Below, in pieces: positions 11,317 through 22,431 of a stretch of DNA of 64,000 nucleotides. The translations under genes were made by a program, and so were the position numbers. The stretch's first letter is position 1. Every line of letters begins with the position of its first letter. The DNA comes from Dudresnaya verticillata. Its lineage: Eukaryota. The notes under the pieces are model-generated. The model worked only from the letters and a program-made list of their open reading frames with translations. It searched no databases and was not told the origin of the DNA. Location of the stretch: contig OZ374560.1 in NCBI GenBank assembly GCA_977862235.1, forward strand, positions 2,790,001 through 2,854,000, given 5' to 3'.

Positions 11317-11496
11317 CCTCCATAAACCCCGAGGGTATTGTTCGCAATGATCTGCGATCAGAAGCAAGCGCCAATATTTTGGCACTTTGGAGCTCGAAAA
11401 GCTTTGGCCAGAGAGAAAGAGGAAGCAAAAAAGGTATCTCGTGGCAGTCCAGGTAGCGATGTAACAGACAAGGAGGGGTGGCGGGACATAATTTAC

Positions 11497-14400
11497 TTAA
11501 GTATCCTCAATAGCCTCGAACAACATATGTGCAGCTCTCTTGGCGAACTCATTTTCCGATTCTCCTCTATCGTTCCGAGCACCAGTATATTTCGTCACCG
11601 CTGCAACTGTGTCCATTACCTTCGACTCTTTCCCGAACTCGCGTTCAAAGAAGCGATTCTCTTTAAACTCTCGCCAAAATCGGTCGTCGAACGGAAGCTG
11701 TTTGTTCTTACAATCTCTGTACTCGAGTTTGTAGAACAGCGGGAACAGCACAAGGCGCGGTGATCCTTGTTTGCGCTTGAGAAATTCTGAAAGCTCCAAC
11801 AGCGGCCACTTGCGAGAGACAAACGACGATGACAGGATGAAGACGGCAGCTTTGCTGCCCCGGACCGCTGCCCAGATCCGTTCATCAGTTGTTTGCGTGG
11901 AAACCCTCAGACTCTCTTCATCCAGAAAACAACGCAAGCCCTTCTCCATCAACGCACTTCGCAGCGGGTATGCAAGCGACTCCTTATCTGGCCCTGCGTG
12001 GCTGATAAATACATCGAAAGGTCTTGCAGCTAGTCGCACGTCAACAGGACGCGGACCTGAGCCCGCACTTGCTCCTTTGAGGATGTGCGGCTTCAATCGT
12101 TTGAAAGTCCAAAGCTGCTCGCAAACGCAAGTGCCTTCTGCTGGGTCCAGTGGCTGGCACTGCGTACTTGTTACCCAACTCCGACGGATACCCAACTGCA
12201 CGCTACTGGAACTTCCACACCCCCCGCGCAATTCCTTAGGGCAGTCGGTGATCAGATAGTCTTTCCAGCTTGCATTGGTCCCATGCAGTGGTCCCTTCAA
12301 AAAACTTTCCATGCCCCGCAAACACTGGTGCGCAACCTGCAGCGCCTCATCGGCATCCGCCCTTATAGTCCAGTCGATCCATCTCTTTTCTGGTATAAAG
12401 CGAACCACAACTCTGCATGCTCCCTCAAGGGTCAGGATGACGGCATCTTGACGAAGCTCGGGCGCTTTTGTCCGTTCTCTTCCAATGGTTCGGTGAAGGT
12501 ACGCGATCAGTGACCCTGTCAGACTTGGCGGAATGGTATCAACAAACTCTGTTCTTAAAATTATTTCACTCTCTCCCTCCTTTGTGTCACACGAGAACCC
12601 TTCCCAAACCTTTGGCAGCAGTGAAGGTATCCCGATTAGCTCGTTCTGTTCACCATCCGCTGCTTCCACAGCCTGAAGGCGCATGAGAATGTCAAATTGA
12701 CAAAGAATGCCAAGCATGACTTTTCGGACAGCCGATGGGTATTTACACCACAGTGCCTCCAGTCCTTCACGGGGTATCAACCCATTCCGATAACCGTCTG
12801 CTTCATGCTGTCCCAGAGTCTGTAAAGTCCTTTCAAACTCTTTCGCTTCTTCTTCACCCAGTCTTTCTCGCATAAACTCAGCCGGGCCCGTGACCTGCCG
12901 AATAAAGTCCAGAATAACTGTTGGATCTGGGAACACGAACCATCCCTCGCCCGTCTGCACTTCTACGATATGGCCCTGCTGACTCTGGAATTGGACGCAT
13001 TTCTCAACGTCGGCTTCTCTCTCCTCCTTGTCACTAGAGAATCCGGGAAGTCTGGCAGCATGGCTCTGAACTTCTGTCATTACCAGAAAGACTTTTTGGC
13101 TTTCAGTGGCGTGCGACAAAATGGCTTCCCTGAGGGCAGCCCACCGAACTGGAACCTCTTCCCTTCCGTCAAGAATGTCTTCACTTGCTTCCTTGATAAA
13201 CTTCTCCAGTTCCACAACGCCTGACCCGGCACGGTCTTGTTCAGCACTGCTGTTCTTGTTCTCGATGGCAACCCACCGACACTTGCATTTGTCGACATCA
13301 CCCTTCTCACGTACCCAGTCATTGTAGACAGCCCTTCCGAGATTCTTTCGCAGTTTTTGTCGCAGCTGCTGAAACAAGTCTTCAGGGCTTTCAACTTCTG
13401 CCTTCCTGGTTCCCACCAGGATCACCCAAACATTTTTCGGGATTTGCGAAGACGCATGTGCCATTTGCATCCAGTTGCATAGTTCTAACACTTCGTCCTC
13501 TTGGGTGACTTCTGACGCAAAACGTTTCAGATCTACCACGAAAACAAAAATGGAAGCGCGGCGGATGAAGATTGCGGGAACACTGAGGTACTCTGCCTGA
13601 CCCCCAAGGTCCCAGCATTGCACCAACGCAGCTCGATTATCCGCAGGAAATACGGCACTCATGAGCCCTTGCCGTGCTGCTTCCCAAATGGGAGACGCTT
13701 GGGAGTTTATAGACTGCGAAGCAGCAATACTGGGCGGAGCTGGTGGTTGTTGAGCAGTGGTATGGCTGCTTGCCAATGTGTCTCCACTCTGGGGAACGGT
13801 CCTCTTGGTCGGAGGAGCTCGCTTGAGCCAAGTGGGGAGTTTAAGGCGGAATCTTGCGGTGGATTTTTCACTCGGCCGCGATGATGCATCAGTTGCAGTT
13901 GGGAGAAACGCCGATCCAGCTCGAAAGGAGCCGGCATCGGATGCACTTGCTGTAGATGACGTTGGTCGTTCCGTTGGCGTGGGTACCTCTGGAATACGTG
14001 ACCGTTACATGAGGGCATGGAAGGCCTCGCTGTTGAAGGCGAGTTGGTCGACGATGTCATCGTCCAACTTGGGGCCGTCCGGGACGACAAGAGTGCGACT
14101 CAGCGACACAAAGTGTGTCGGCTGGTGGGTGGCAACGAAGGGCATGGAGCGCAGGCTCCTTACCGTGCTTGTCTTACCACGTGCCGCACCGCCGAGAACA
14201 AGAAGAAAGCACTGCCGTGGCTTTGCTGTGGCGGTCTTGAGGGTGTTTTCAACAAGTGTGCTAGTGTCACCGATGCGGTTGACAAGGTATTGCGACCGGC
14301 TGCCGAATAATCCAAGCTCAAGAGGCGTTACCTGTTGATGCGCTGCTTGTTGATGCAGTTGGGCTGCTGCGTGCTCATCGCGAGCAACACCGACATTTCC

Positions 14401-15183
14401 GCGGCCAAGCAATGTGGCGAGCTCATAGAGTGCGACGCGGGTGCGATGGAGTTCGATTGAGCGTTGGAAGAGGCTCTTCGCGCGCGGCGGATCGCGCGCG
14501 TCTCCGATATGATTGGACAAAAGCGCTTGGCCCAACCAAACCATATACATTGGGGCCCTCTCGTGACCGCTGTCGCAGGCGCGTTGGAGCAGTTCGACGC
14601 CGCGCGGAACGTCTCGCGGAACATCGATCTCGCCGCACAGCAGCAATTCGCCCAAATCGGCCATTGCGACGACATCTTCGCCCTCCGCGATGGCGCGCTC
14701 GTACAGCGCAGCGGCGCGCGGAGCGTCTTTGGCGACGCCGTCGCCGGTTGCGAGGAGATTGCCCAAATTGGCCATTGCGTTCACATCCGCAAACTCTGCA
14801 ACGGCTCGTTCGTACAGCGCTGCCGCGCGCTTTGTGTCTTTGACAAAATGGCGCCATCCGATATGGAGACCCACTCCGAGATTGTACAGCGACACCCCGC
14901 GCGGATCTCGCGCGTTGGTGCGCTCGACCAGCTCCGCGGCGCGGCGCTCGTCCTTGGGCACTCCCGCGGCACGTTCCTTTAGCAGCAGTGCAAGGCCATG
15001 CCGAGCTTCGTCATGGTTGCCCTCATGAATCGCTCACTCGAGCAAGGCGACGGCTTGCAAAGGTAGAACAGGCCCTCCATCTGAAGAGTCCCAGTACGCA
15101 AAGGCAAGTGCAACCATGTCGTCGACGTCGGCATTGTCGTCGATAGCTTGGCGAAGGGCACGGCGCTGCTGTGTGGCATCCAT
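11497..15183 (-). pseudogene. Sel1-repeat/ROC/COR/TIR protein, copy A; full length but with TGA (15034-15036) and TAA (14005-14007)
   Basis: One continuous frame from ATG 15183 (MDATQQRRALRQ). The stops align with CGA and TCA in the intact paralogs. Motifs: GGAARGKTS, WDLGGQ, FDVFISHAG, WPLLEL. Confidence 0.92.
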
Positions 15184-15269
15184 GTCGGCAGGAGCGGGCG
15201 GTCAAGCGGATGGAGATGGTTGGAGATGGGATGGTTGGGGTGTGCGTCGGTGGAGCGAGTGCTCCAACC

Positions 15270-16230
15270 GCACGGCTCTATTTATGCAGCGATGAAAGTT
15301 GCGAGTGATTGTGTAATCAACCTGATTTAGATTAAGTTGCGAGTGGGACGGCGGGAGGTGTTGACAGTTGCAGCGCAGCGTGTGCGGCTGTGTGCCGCCC
15401 GACGGTGATGTGTTTGTCAGTTTTGATCGGATGTTGTAAAAGTCGAAAGGCGCGTTGTCACGTCAGAGCAGAGTGCACGTGTATTTGGCGCCTGCGCGGA
15501 TTGCCGCTCTGCGAGATGTTTCGGCCACGCACAAACGACGTCATCGCTACAGCCCTTACAACAGAGTCGCGAGCCATCCTTCATCGCATCGCGAGCTTCG
15601 TGCGGAACAACACCTGCTCACCGCGAGCCGACTCCGGCCGTGTCCAGCCATGCTTTGTTGTTGCCGTCCTGCACGCCAGCCCCGGTCTCCATCCTCGTCG
15701 AGCGCGCACAGCTGCGGCGCGATACACGCAATAGAACTTGCTCGATGCTCCTCTATTGTTGTTTGTTAAGGTGGTCGTACGGGGGGTGACGAGCGCACCG
15801 TCCCGAGGGCTGGGGCACTGGCCTACTGGCCTGTGCCACGGCTACGGAAGTCATCCAAAGGGCGGCGCATTGCCGGTTGTTGGCGGAGGCGGTTGTCGTG
15901 TGCCGCGCGACGTGCGATCTCCCATCTCTTTTTGGCACAACGCAGCCGCGGCTGCATATCGCGGATGTTGCAAAAGTCGGCAGGCGCGTTGCGTCGTTGC
16001 ATCAGAGCGCAGCCTGCGGTGCACGTGTATTTGGCGTTTGCAGCATCATTGTCCCACCGCGGTGCACCTCGCATGACAATGACGACAAACACTGACAAAC
16101 ACAGACTGGCTCTCAACGCGACTCTCTTTCTCTCGATGGAGAGCGCACTCGGCGATGCGTTGCCGCCGCCGACCGACCACGCAATGCGCGCGAGGTGTTG
16201 TTTCTTTATTGCTGTGATCACGTACTAAGC
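15270..16230 (-). promoter_or_regulatory. Conserved upstream region of the Sel1-ROCO-TIR family (also 28410-29190, 52985-53760, 61070-61290)
   Basis: CATAAATA about 100 bp upstream of each ATG (15279, 28415, 52988, 61075). Internally repeated blocks GATGTTGYAAAAGTCGRMAGGCGCGT and GTGCACGTGTATTTGGCG. Confidence 0.55.
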
Positions 16231-17459
16231 AAACGTTAGAAATCGCGAAGCACATGAAGCATCACAACAGCATCTCACAGACAGTGTGGCTTCGAAGTCC
16301 TAAGATTCCAAACAGATGTTCGCGGTTCTGGTTTACATGGCGACAAGCAAAATATAAAGCATCGCGCTTCCGCAGTGCTTCCTTCAGGATACGCTTCCGT
16401 TAAAACGCGTTTGAGCACGAGGTCTCCCCTTGAGGAAACCACGCGGCTCCAACTAACTGCGGTCCATCCCGCTTATCAAGCAGCTCAGCCACCAATCCAC
16501 GCTATTGCCTGCATTTGGACAAAGTCGCGGATTGGCTCACTGCGAGATCTTTTGACCACACCCAAACGTCGTCATCGTACAGCTGCAGTCTCGCGCTCCG
16601 CCGCTGAACTCAGTCGCGCAATCCCATCCATCATCCACCGCCAGCATTTTGAGCCCACCAAACCACCTCGTGCTGCGCTCAACTCGTCCAGGTGGCACGT
16701 TCTCGCTGTCACAGCCGCTGCCGCACCAAACATCCCGACCACTCCTACCGCCGCTCCGGTCGCTGCAACCACCCAGCACCCGGCCCCCCTCGCTCCCATT
16801 GTACACTCACACCCCTTGTTGCGCGTTGTCCTTGGCAGCAAGACTTGCTCGCTGTGGTGCACTCGCACACCATCGCGCCCCAGCCCGCGGCACTATGTTA
16901 TTCGCTCCAGGTGTTGCAGACACTGTTTGACATTGTCGATGCTCTATAACAGCTTCTGCCCCGCGCGCGAGCGACTTGATCCCCACGATAAACATCTTGT
17001 GTCCCGTAGTGGTCCACAACCCAGCCTTAGCCGCTAACCAACCTCCCTGCGTCAGCTCGTCCATCCCTGGCAACTTGTGCACTGCGCTACAGATCGACAG
17101 CGCCTTGGAAATGTCCTAGCGCAATCGCAGGATGAGCCAGAAGAGCGTTGCGAGAAGGCGTGTCCGGCGCACCATGGTTGCTGCCGACGGTGGCTGGTAG
17201 GGGTACCGTGAAGGACTGTGACGGTTGTAATGTTAGTGGGTGCTTCGATTTCGTCGGGGCCGCCTTCATACAAATACACACCGCTTATTGGTGCCCGTCG
17301 CGGATCACGCCGAATTGATCTCTCCATGTGACCAATCAATGACCCCGAACGGCACAGGATTACCGGCACCCCGACGCCGTCAATCGTGAGAAAAGCAGAT
17401 CCCCCCACCATCACAACCGCCAGGTACGGTATGCACCACCGCGCCACACGAGCTGGCCA

Positions 17460-17548
17460 CGCTCAACATGGCTATGTTATAAACCGCCGTTTACTCTTCG
17501 ACCGTCGCCTTTCAGATGAGTTTTTGGTAAGCCCCCTTACGGGGCTGT
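17460..17548 (+). mobile_element. Very short 3' stub of the RLE-type retrotransposon
   Basis: INRRLLFDRRLS resembles ANRRELVDRRVS of the other stubs and is followed by the hairpin AGCCCCCTTACGGGGCT. Confidence 0.45.
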
Positions 17549-18259
17549 AGTCTTTCCTATGCATAAACGTCTCCATCTATGTTTTAATGCCCACCTCGCG
17601 TCTCATCCTTGCTTCCAACCGTCATCCTCGATCCCCTTTCAGCCGCAAATACTGCATTTCGACTAGGAGCCACAAGGCGGCCCCGTCGCTGAGGTCTGCT
17701 TCATTTCAAAGACTTTATGTTCGGCTACTATTGATATACCTACAGCAGTTTGTCACCCAGTATCCAAACTCTTGTCGATTACATTCAGAACACTTGGAAA
17801 AGGAGGTTGACGGTATCACGGTAACGGTATCAGGAAACAGACGGGAAAGGTTTTACTTCGGAGCGGGCACATCTCTTCTTAATTCATCATTGGGAAGAGT
17901 GTAGAGTACTCGCTTAAGTACTAAACATTACAAATGGAAAGTGCATCTACAACTAATCAGCACCGGTAGGAAGTTGACATGCAACAGGTCTCACCCGTAC
18001 CGATATGAATCTGACATGCAACAGTACCCAACCAGACGAAGCGGATAGAGTGCGCTGCAAAATCAGTAACTCGATTCTGAGCACATGTTTCACACACACA
18101 CACCCGGCATTGCTCTACAAAGTTGCGTGCTCCCTCGTGCCAGCGCAGTTGCACTTCTCTCCTCTACACATATGGAATGATAAAATCTTAGGCATAGAAA
18201 TAGTACCGTACCCGTTGAGCCTTCATGAATGATAGAGGTAATCAAGCAAGCATCCCTTT

Positions 18260-18680
18260 AATCGCAAGATTCAGAGTAAGTCCCTTAAGGGGACTTAAAA
18301 TGTACTGTTGCTAACGCGGCGGTCTACAAGCTCGCGCCTGTTAGCAGAAACCGCGACACACTGTAATACTAAAGGGGTACGGCGGGTAAGAAGGGAGACC
18401 TTCTCGCTAGGCGGGGACGTGTCTCTTTTCTCAGCGAGGAAATTCGCAATGCGTTGCGCACCACGATCACGGCCGATGGAGCCATAGATGTCCATAACCG
18501 TCGGATGTAGATCGAAATGGTTGTTTTCGCAGAGGCGAAGATAGTGGCGCGCTTTTCCTTTTTACAAGATTGAATCGCAAGATGGGCTCGAAAAGGAAGA
18601 GTGGGGAGTTACGACTGAGACGTCAAACGTTTGAGCGGTTGGTACGAAGCCAATCAATGAGCGCTTCAACTGAACTGAAA
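18260..18680 (-). mobile_element. 3' stub of the RLE-type retrotransposon (duplicate at 30370-30790, shorter copy at 25905-26070)
   Basis: TFDVSVVTPH...KARHYLRLC...LHPTVMDIYG...GAQRIANF...QCVAVSANRR and the 3' hairpin TAAGTCCCTTAAGGGGACTTA. Confidence 0.75.
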
Positions 18681-20094
18681 CAACTGAACTGAAACGCTCG
18701 TTGATTACCCGTATCGTTTTATTCGCCTGCAGTATACTGCTGTACATGTTAATCGTCGCCGTACGTATTCCAAACCAATAGCTTACCTCTACGGAGCGTA
18801 AGCTAGGGGTTACTCGGTTGTTATCATCTCTATGATAAAGCGACTTCCCCCTGGTTGACGGTACCAGCGCCCAGTACCAAACGGGGACCCCGCACGGCGG
18901 GGTGGAGACGCCAAACCAGCAAAATCCCTCCTCCTGCACAATGCGCCAGCCAACTTCTCAGCATTCTCCTAAGCCACTTCTGCTCCCTCAACGCTACCAC
19001 CCCCGCGCACCCACAATACCACCCTCGATGCAGTGCACCCATTTCACGTCACTGCCTACTCCAACACCCGTCCAATCGCGACCCACATCCGCACCGCGCC
19101 AAAGCATACCACTACCGCAAATAGATTTCAATACCATAAGTTCCTCAAACTGCATCATGAGCAAATTATAGCACAGGCAGTTCGCAGGCAGCTACGACTG
19201 CCACAAGTCACAGAGTAAGTAATCGAACCCGAAAGAAACCCATTGTTTAAGCCTTAATCAAGTCGGGACATCACAAACCCACTCGACATTTATTTTTGCC
19301 AACCTTAGAAACCTTAGTTTGAATCATCTCGTAAAGCTTAATCTCAAACTGGCGGGACTGGAATTGATAGGGTTCTGCGTCCGAGCGCAACTGAGCGCAC
19401 AATTGAGCTAACCAGCGATATCGAAGCGCAAGGCGAATGGATCCCATATCAGAACTGCCTCACAGTGCGATATCGGACTTCCGCTTGCTCCGCTGTGCGA
19501 CAACGAAGACGTCACCAGCCACCTGTCCGCCGACGCCTGCGTGTTCTGCGTCGCTTCTCATCACGATTCATCAATTCGGTGATGGACCTTATCCTGTTCC
19601 AGCAACCCCACTCCAGCAAATCCGCACGCCTCCCTAGGCGTAAGGCTCGCTTACCCCGGTCTCCGGCTTCATCTACAGCCCTGTGCCGCCGCTGCCAGCA
19701 GTATCGACTCGCGGCCGCGTCGTCGCTCGCTTGATCGTAATGCTCCACAAATCGACAAGCGGCGCTTCCGTATATAGCCTATCAGGCTGTGAACGATACG
19801 CAGGCAGAGCTGTTAGTGGGATTGGTTGATGCCCCGCCGCTTGGCCATTAGTAGAACGGTCAGGGCGAGAAAAGCCGCGCCGTCGGTAGCGACGGTGAGG
19901 CAGCACCGCTCCTCGATGGAGCAGATGTAGATGCTGTCAGTAGACGCAGGTGGTATCGCTTTCGCGTCAAAAGTCAAGGTTAGAGGAGAGGACGACGGTG
20001 ACGGTAGGCTGCGGCCAGTTGGTTCAGGGTTTTTCGTATTGGACTTGGATGTCATTTTCTCTTTACCGGAGCGCTATCTGCTCCTTTAAGTACA

Positions 20095-21872
20095 CTTTGT
20101 AGTCAATGGCTCCCACTCATACGCCCAGTCGCCAGTCCTCCATTACGGGATGCGTCTAATCGCGCTATACGCCCTCTTGGTCAGATCCAACTTTTCGTCC
20201 GTATCGGAGAGCTCCGTGCTCGCGTCCATTTTCTAGTGGTCGCGAACTTGGCGGCTCCCTGTATTTTGGGAACTACCTTCATCGACCGCTACGTGAAGGC
20301 AATACTCCCTCCGTTACGGAAAGTTGTTTTTCATCATTACCCACCGGTATCCCTTGTTGGTCAAGCCAAAATTCCGAAGAAGGGAACCACTGCAACCCTA
20401 CAGCCCTCACCTCTCTCTACCGCTACGGTTTCTCAGAAAATTTGTTTAGCAAAATCTACCCTTATTCCCCCTATGACTCAAGCCACCGTAACGGTTAATC
20501 CCCCCACGGGTGGGTTATGCTTTCTACAAAATCATCCTAAGCCGGCTTTTAAGCACCTTACGTTAATGGCTAATGGCATTATGGATGTTGTACCAAACAA
20601 ACCGTTTCGGATCTGGGTCTCTAATTTTTCTAACAAGCCGGTACGGTTGCCCAAATCTACTGTCGTGGGCCTCGCTACTGCTGCCCCCTCTGCTATTTTT
20701 ACCGTTGACGGTATACGTCCATTTAAGGAGGGGGGAGGAATTATTCAATCATTTAATTCTAACCCTACCTCCGAAAAGGCCAGCATCATCTCCCCTCACG
20801 ACAAGGAACTAAGCAAACCCGTAACGGAAAATACAAATACTACCGACTGGAAGGATCAAGTCCAGATCGGAACAGAAGAAGCATCGCTCCGCAAACGGAT
20901 TTTAACCCTACTCGAGGAATATAAGTCGATGTGGAGTGGCGATCTTGGCAACATTACAGCTGCCAAGCACCGCATCGAGTTAACTCCCGGAGCTAAGCCA
21001 GTATACCAAGCCCCATACCGTGCCGGACATAAGCAGCGAGATCTCGAAAAGACAGAGATCGATCGCATGCTTTCCGCTAAGGTAATTGAGCCAGCCTCAT
21101 CGGAGTGGGCCAGCCCCGTGGTTTTCGTTCCAAAAAAGGACGGCACCATGCGGTTCTGTGTTGACTATAGAAGGCTCAATTCCGTAACGGTTAGGGACTC
21201 ATATCCCTTGCCCAGGATGGATGAGTGCATAGATTCCCTTGGGCAAGCTACTGTATTTACAACCCTGGATTGCAATAGCGGATATTGGCAATTCGAGATT
21301 CCGGAAGAGGAAAGGGACAAAACTACTTTCACTAGCCATTTTGGCTTATACTGTTTTCGGAGAATGCCATTCGGATTGAAAAATGCACCGGCAACCTTCC
21401 AACGGGCAGTGGATATAATCCTTTCTACGGTTAAATGGCAATTTGCCCTCGTCTACCTGGACGATGTAATTGTCTACTCAAAAACCGTTACGGAACATTT
21501 CCACCACCTGAAGGAAGTCCTTACGCTTTTACGATCCGCTGGGGTAACGTTGAAATTGTCAAAGTGTGACTTCTTCAACGCGTCTGTACAATACCTGGGG
21601 CATGTTATCCGTCCCGGAAAATTAGAAGTGGATAATCGGAATATCCAATCCGTTAAGGTCGCGAAGCCGCCGACTAACCAAACGGAATTGCGATCCTTCT
21701 TGGGAATGTGCAACGTGTATCGTCGCTTTGTACCCAACTTCGCTCGGATTTCAGCACCGCTGAATAAGAAAACCGGCAAGGGCTCACCTTTTGAGTTTGG
21801 AATATTATCCGATACGGAGTACGAAGCCTTCGAGGAACTGAAGAGACGCCTTATCTCTCCACCTATATTGGA
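20095..21872 (+). pseudogene. pol: Gypsy pol fragment (partial protease + RT), truncated at both ends
   Basis: CILGTTFID, WASPVVFVPKKDGTMRFCVDYRRLN, MPFGLKNAPATFQR, LVYLDDVIV. Ends at LISPPIL where an unrelated repeat begins (21873). Confidence 0.92.
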
Positions 21873-22046
21873 TAGGGGCTACTCGGTTGTTATTATCTCT
21901 ATGATAAAGCGACTTCCCCCTGGTTGACAGTACCAGCGCCCAGTACCAAATGGGGACCCCGCACGGCGGGGTGGAGACGCCAAACCAGCAAAATCCCTCC
22001 TCCTACACAACGCGCCAGCCACATTCTCAGCATTCTCCTAAGGCAC

Positions 22047-22431
22047 GACTACCGCGACAGACTGCTGGCCATCCGGTGGCATTTGGGTACCTTCCCCATC
22101 CTCCCTTCCTGCCCTACCAAACGTGCAACCCTTCGAACCCACACCCAAGCCCTCCATCTGCTCTCCAAGCCAGACGCCACCCCAGACGATCTACACACCA
22201 TTGCCAGTACGATCGCCGCCATCCGCACCCTGTGCTCTGCCGAGTTTCCCTCTCTGAACACGCCGCCATCCTCCCAATCATAGACACACCACCGCTGTCC
22301 TTTTTTCCTTCCCGGGGTACACTACAGTGACAGCCCTCTTCCACTGTAGCTGATCCTGGTGTGCCTGCACATGGGCCTTTAAGTCGCCCGAGCGTGACCA
22401 CCTAAAACAACCATTAAAAGTTTACCATCAC
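22047..22431 (+). mobile_element. 5'-truncated LINE-like 3' end (385 bp) inserted at CAC
   Basis: Absent from the paralogous sites (about 18975 and 31110). Encodes DRLLAIRWHLGTFPI...ALHLLSKP...IAAIRTLC then a stop, followed by the tail GTGCCTGCACATGGGCCTTTAAGTCGCCCG...ATTAAAAGTTTACCATCAC. Confidence 0.7.

Larger units (their letters stand above)
16090..19960. repeat. Mosaic block duplicated with deletions at about 29710-31850, partly also at 21873-23420
   Basis: 16090-16670 matches 29710-30255, 18140-19275 matches 30255-31425, and 19600-19960 matches 23040-23415 and 31480-31830. Confidence 0.85.
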
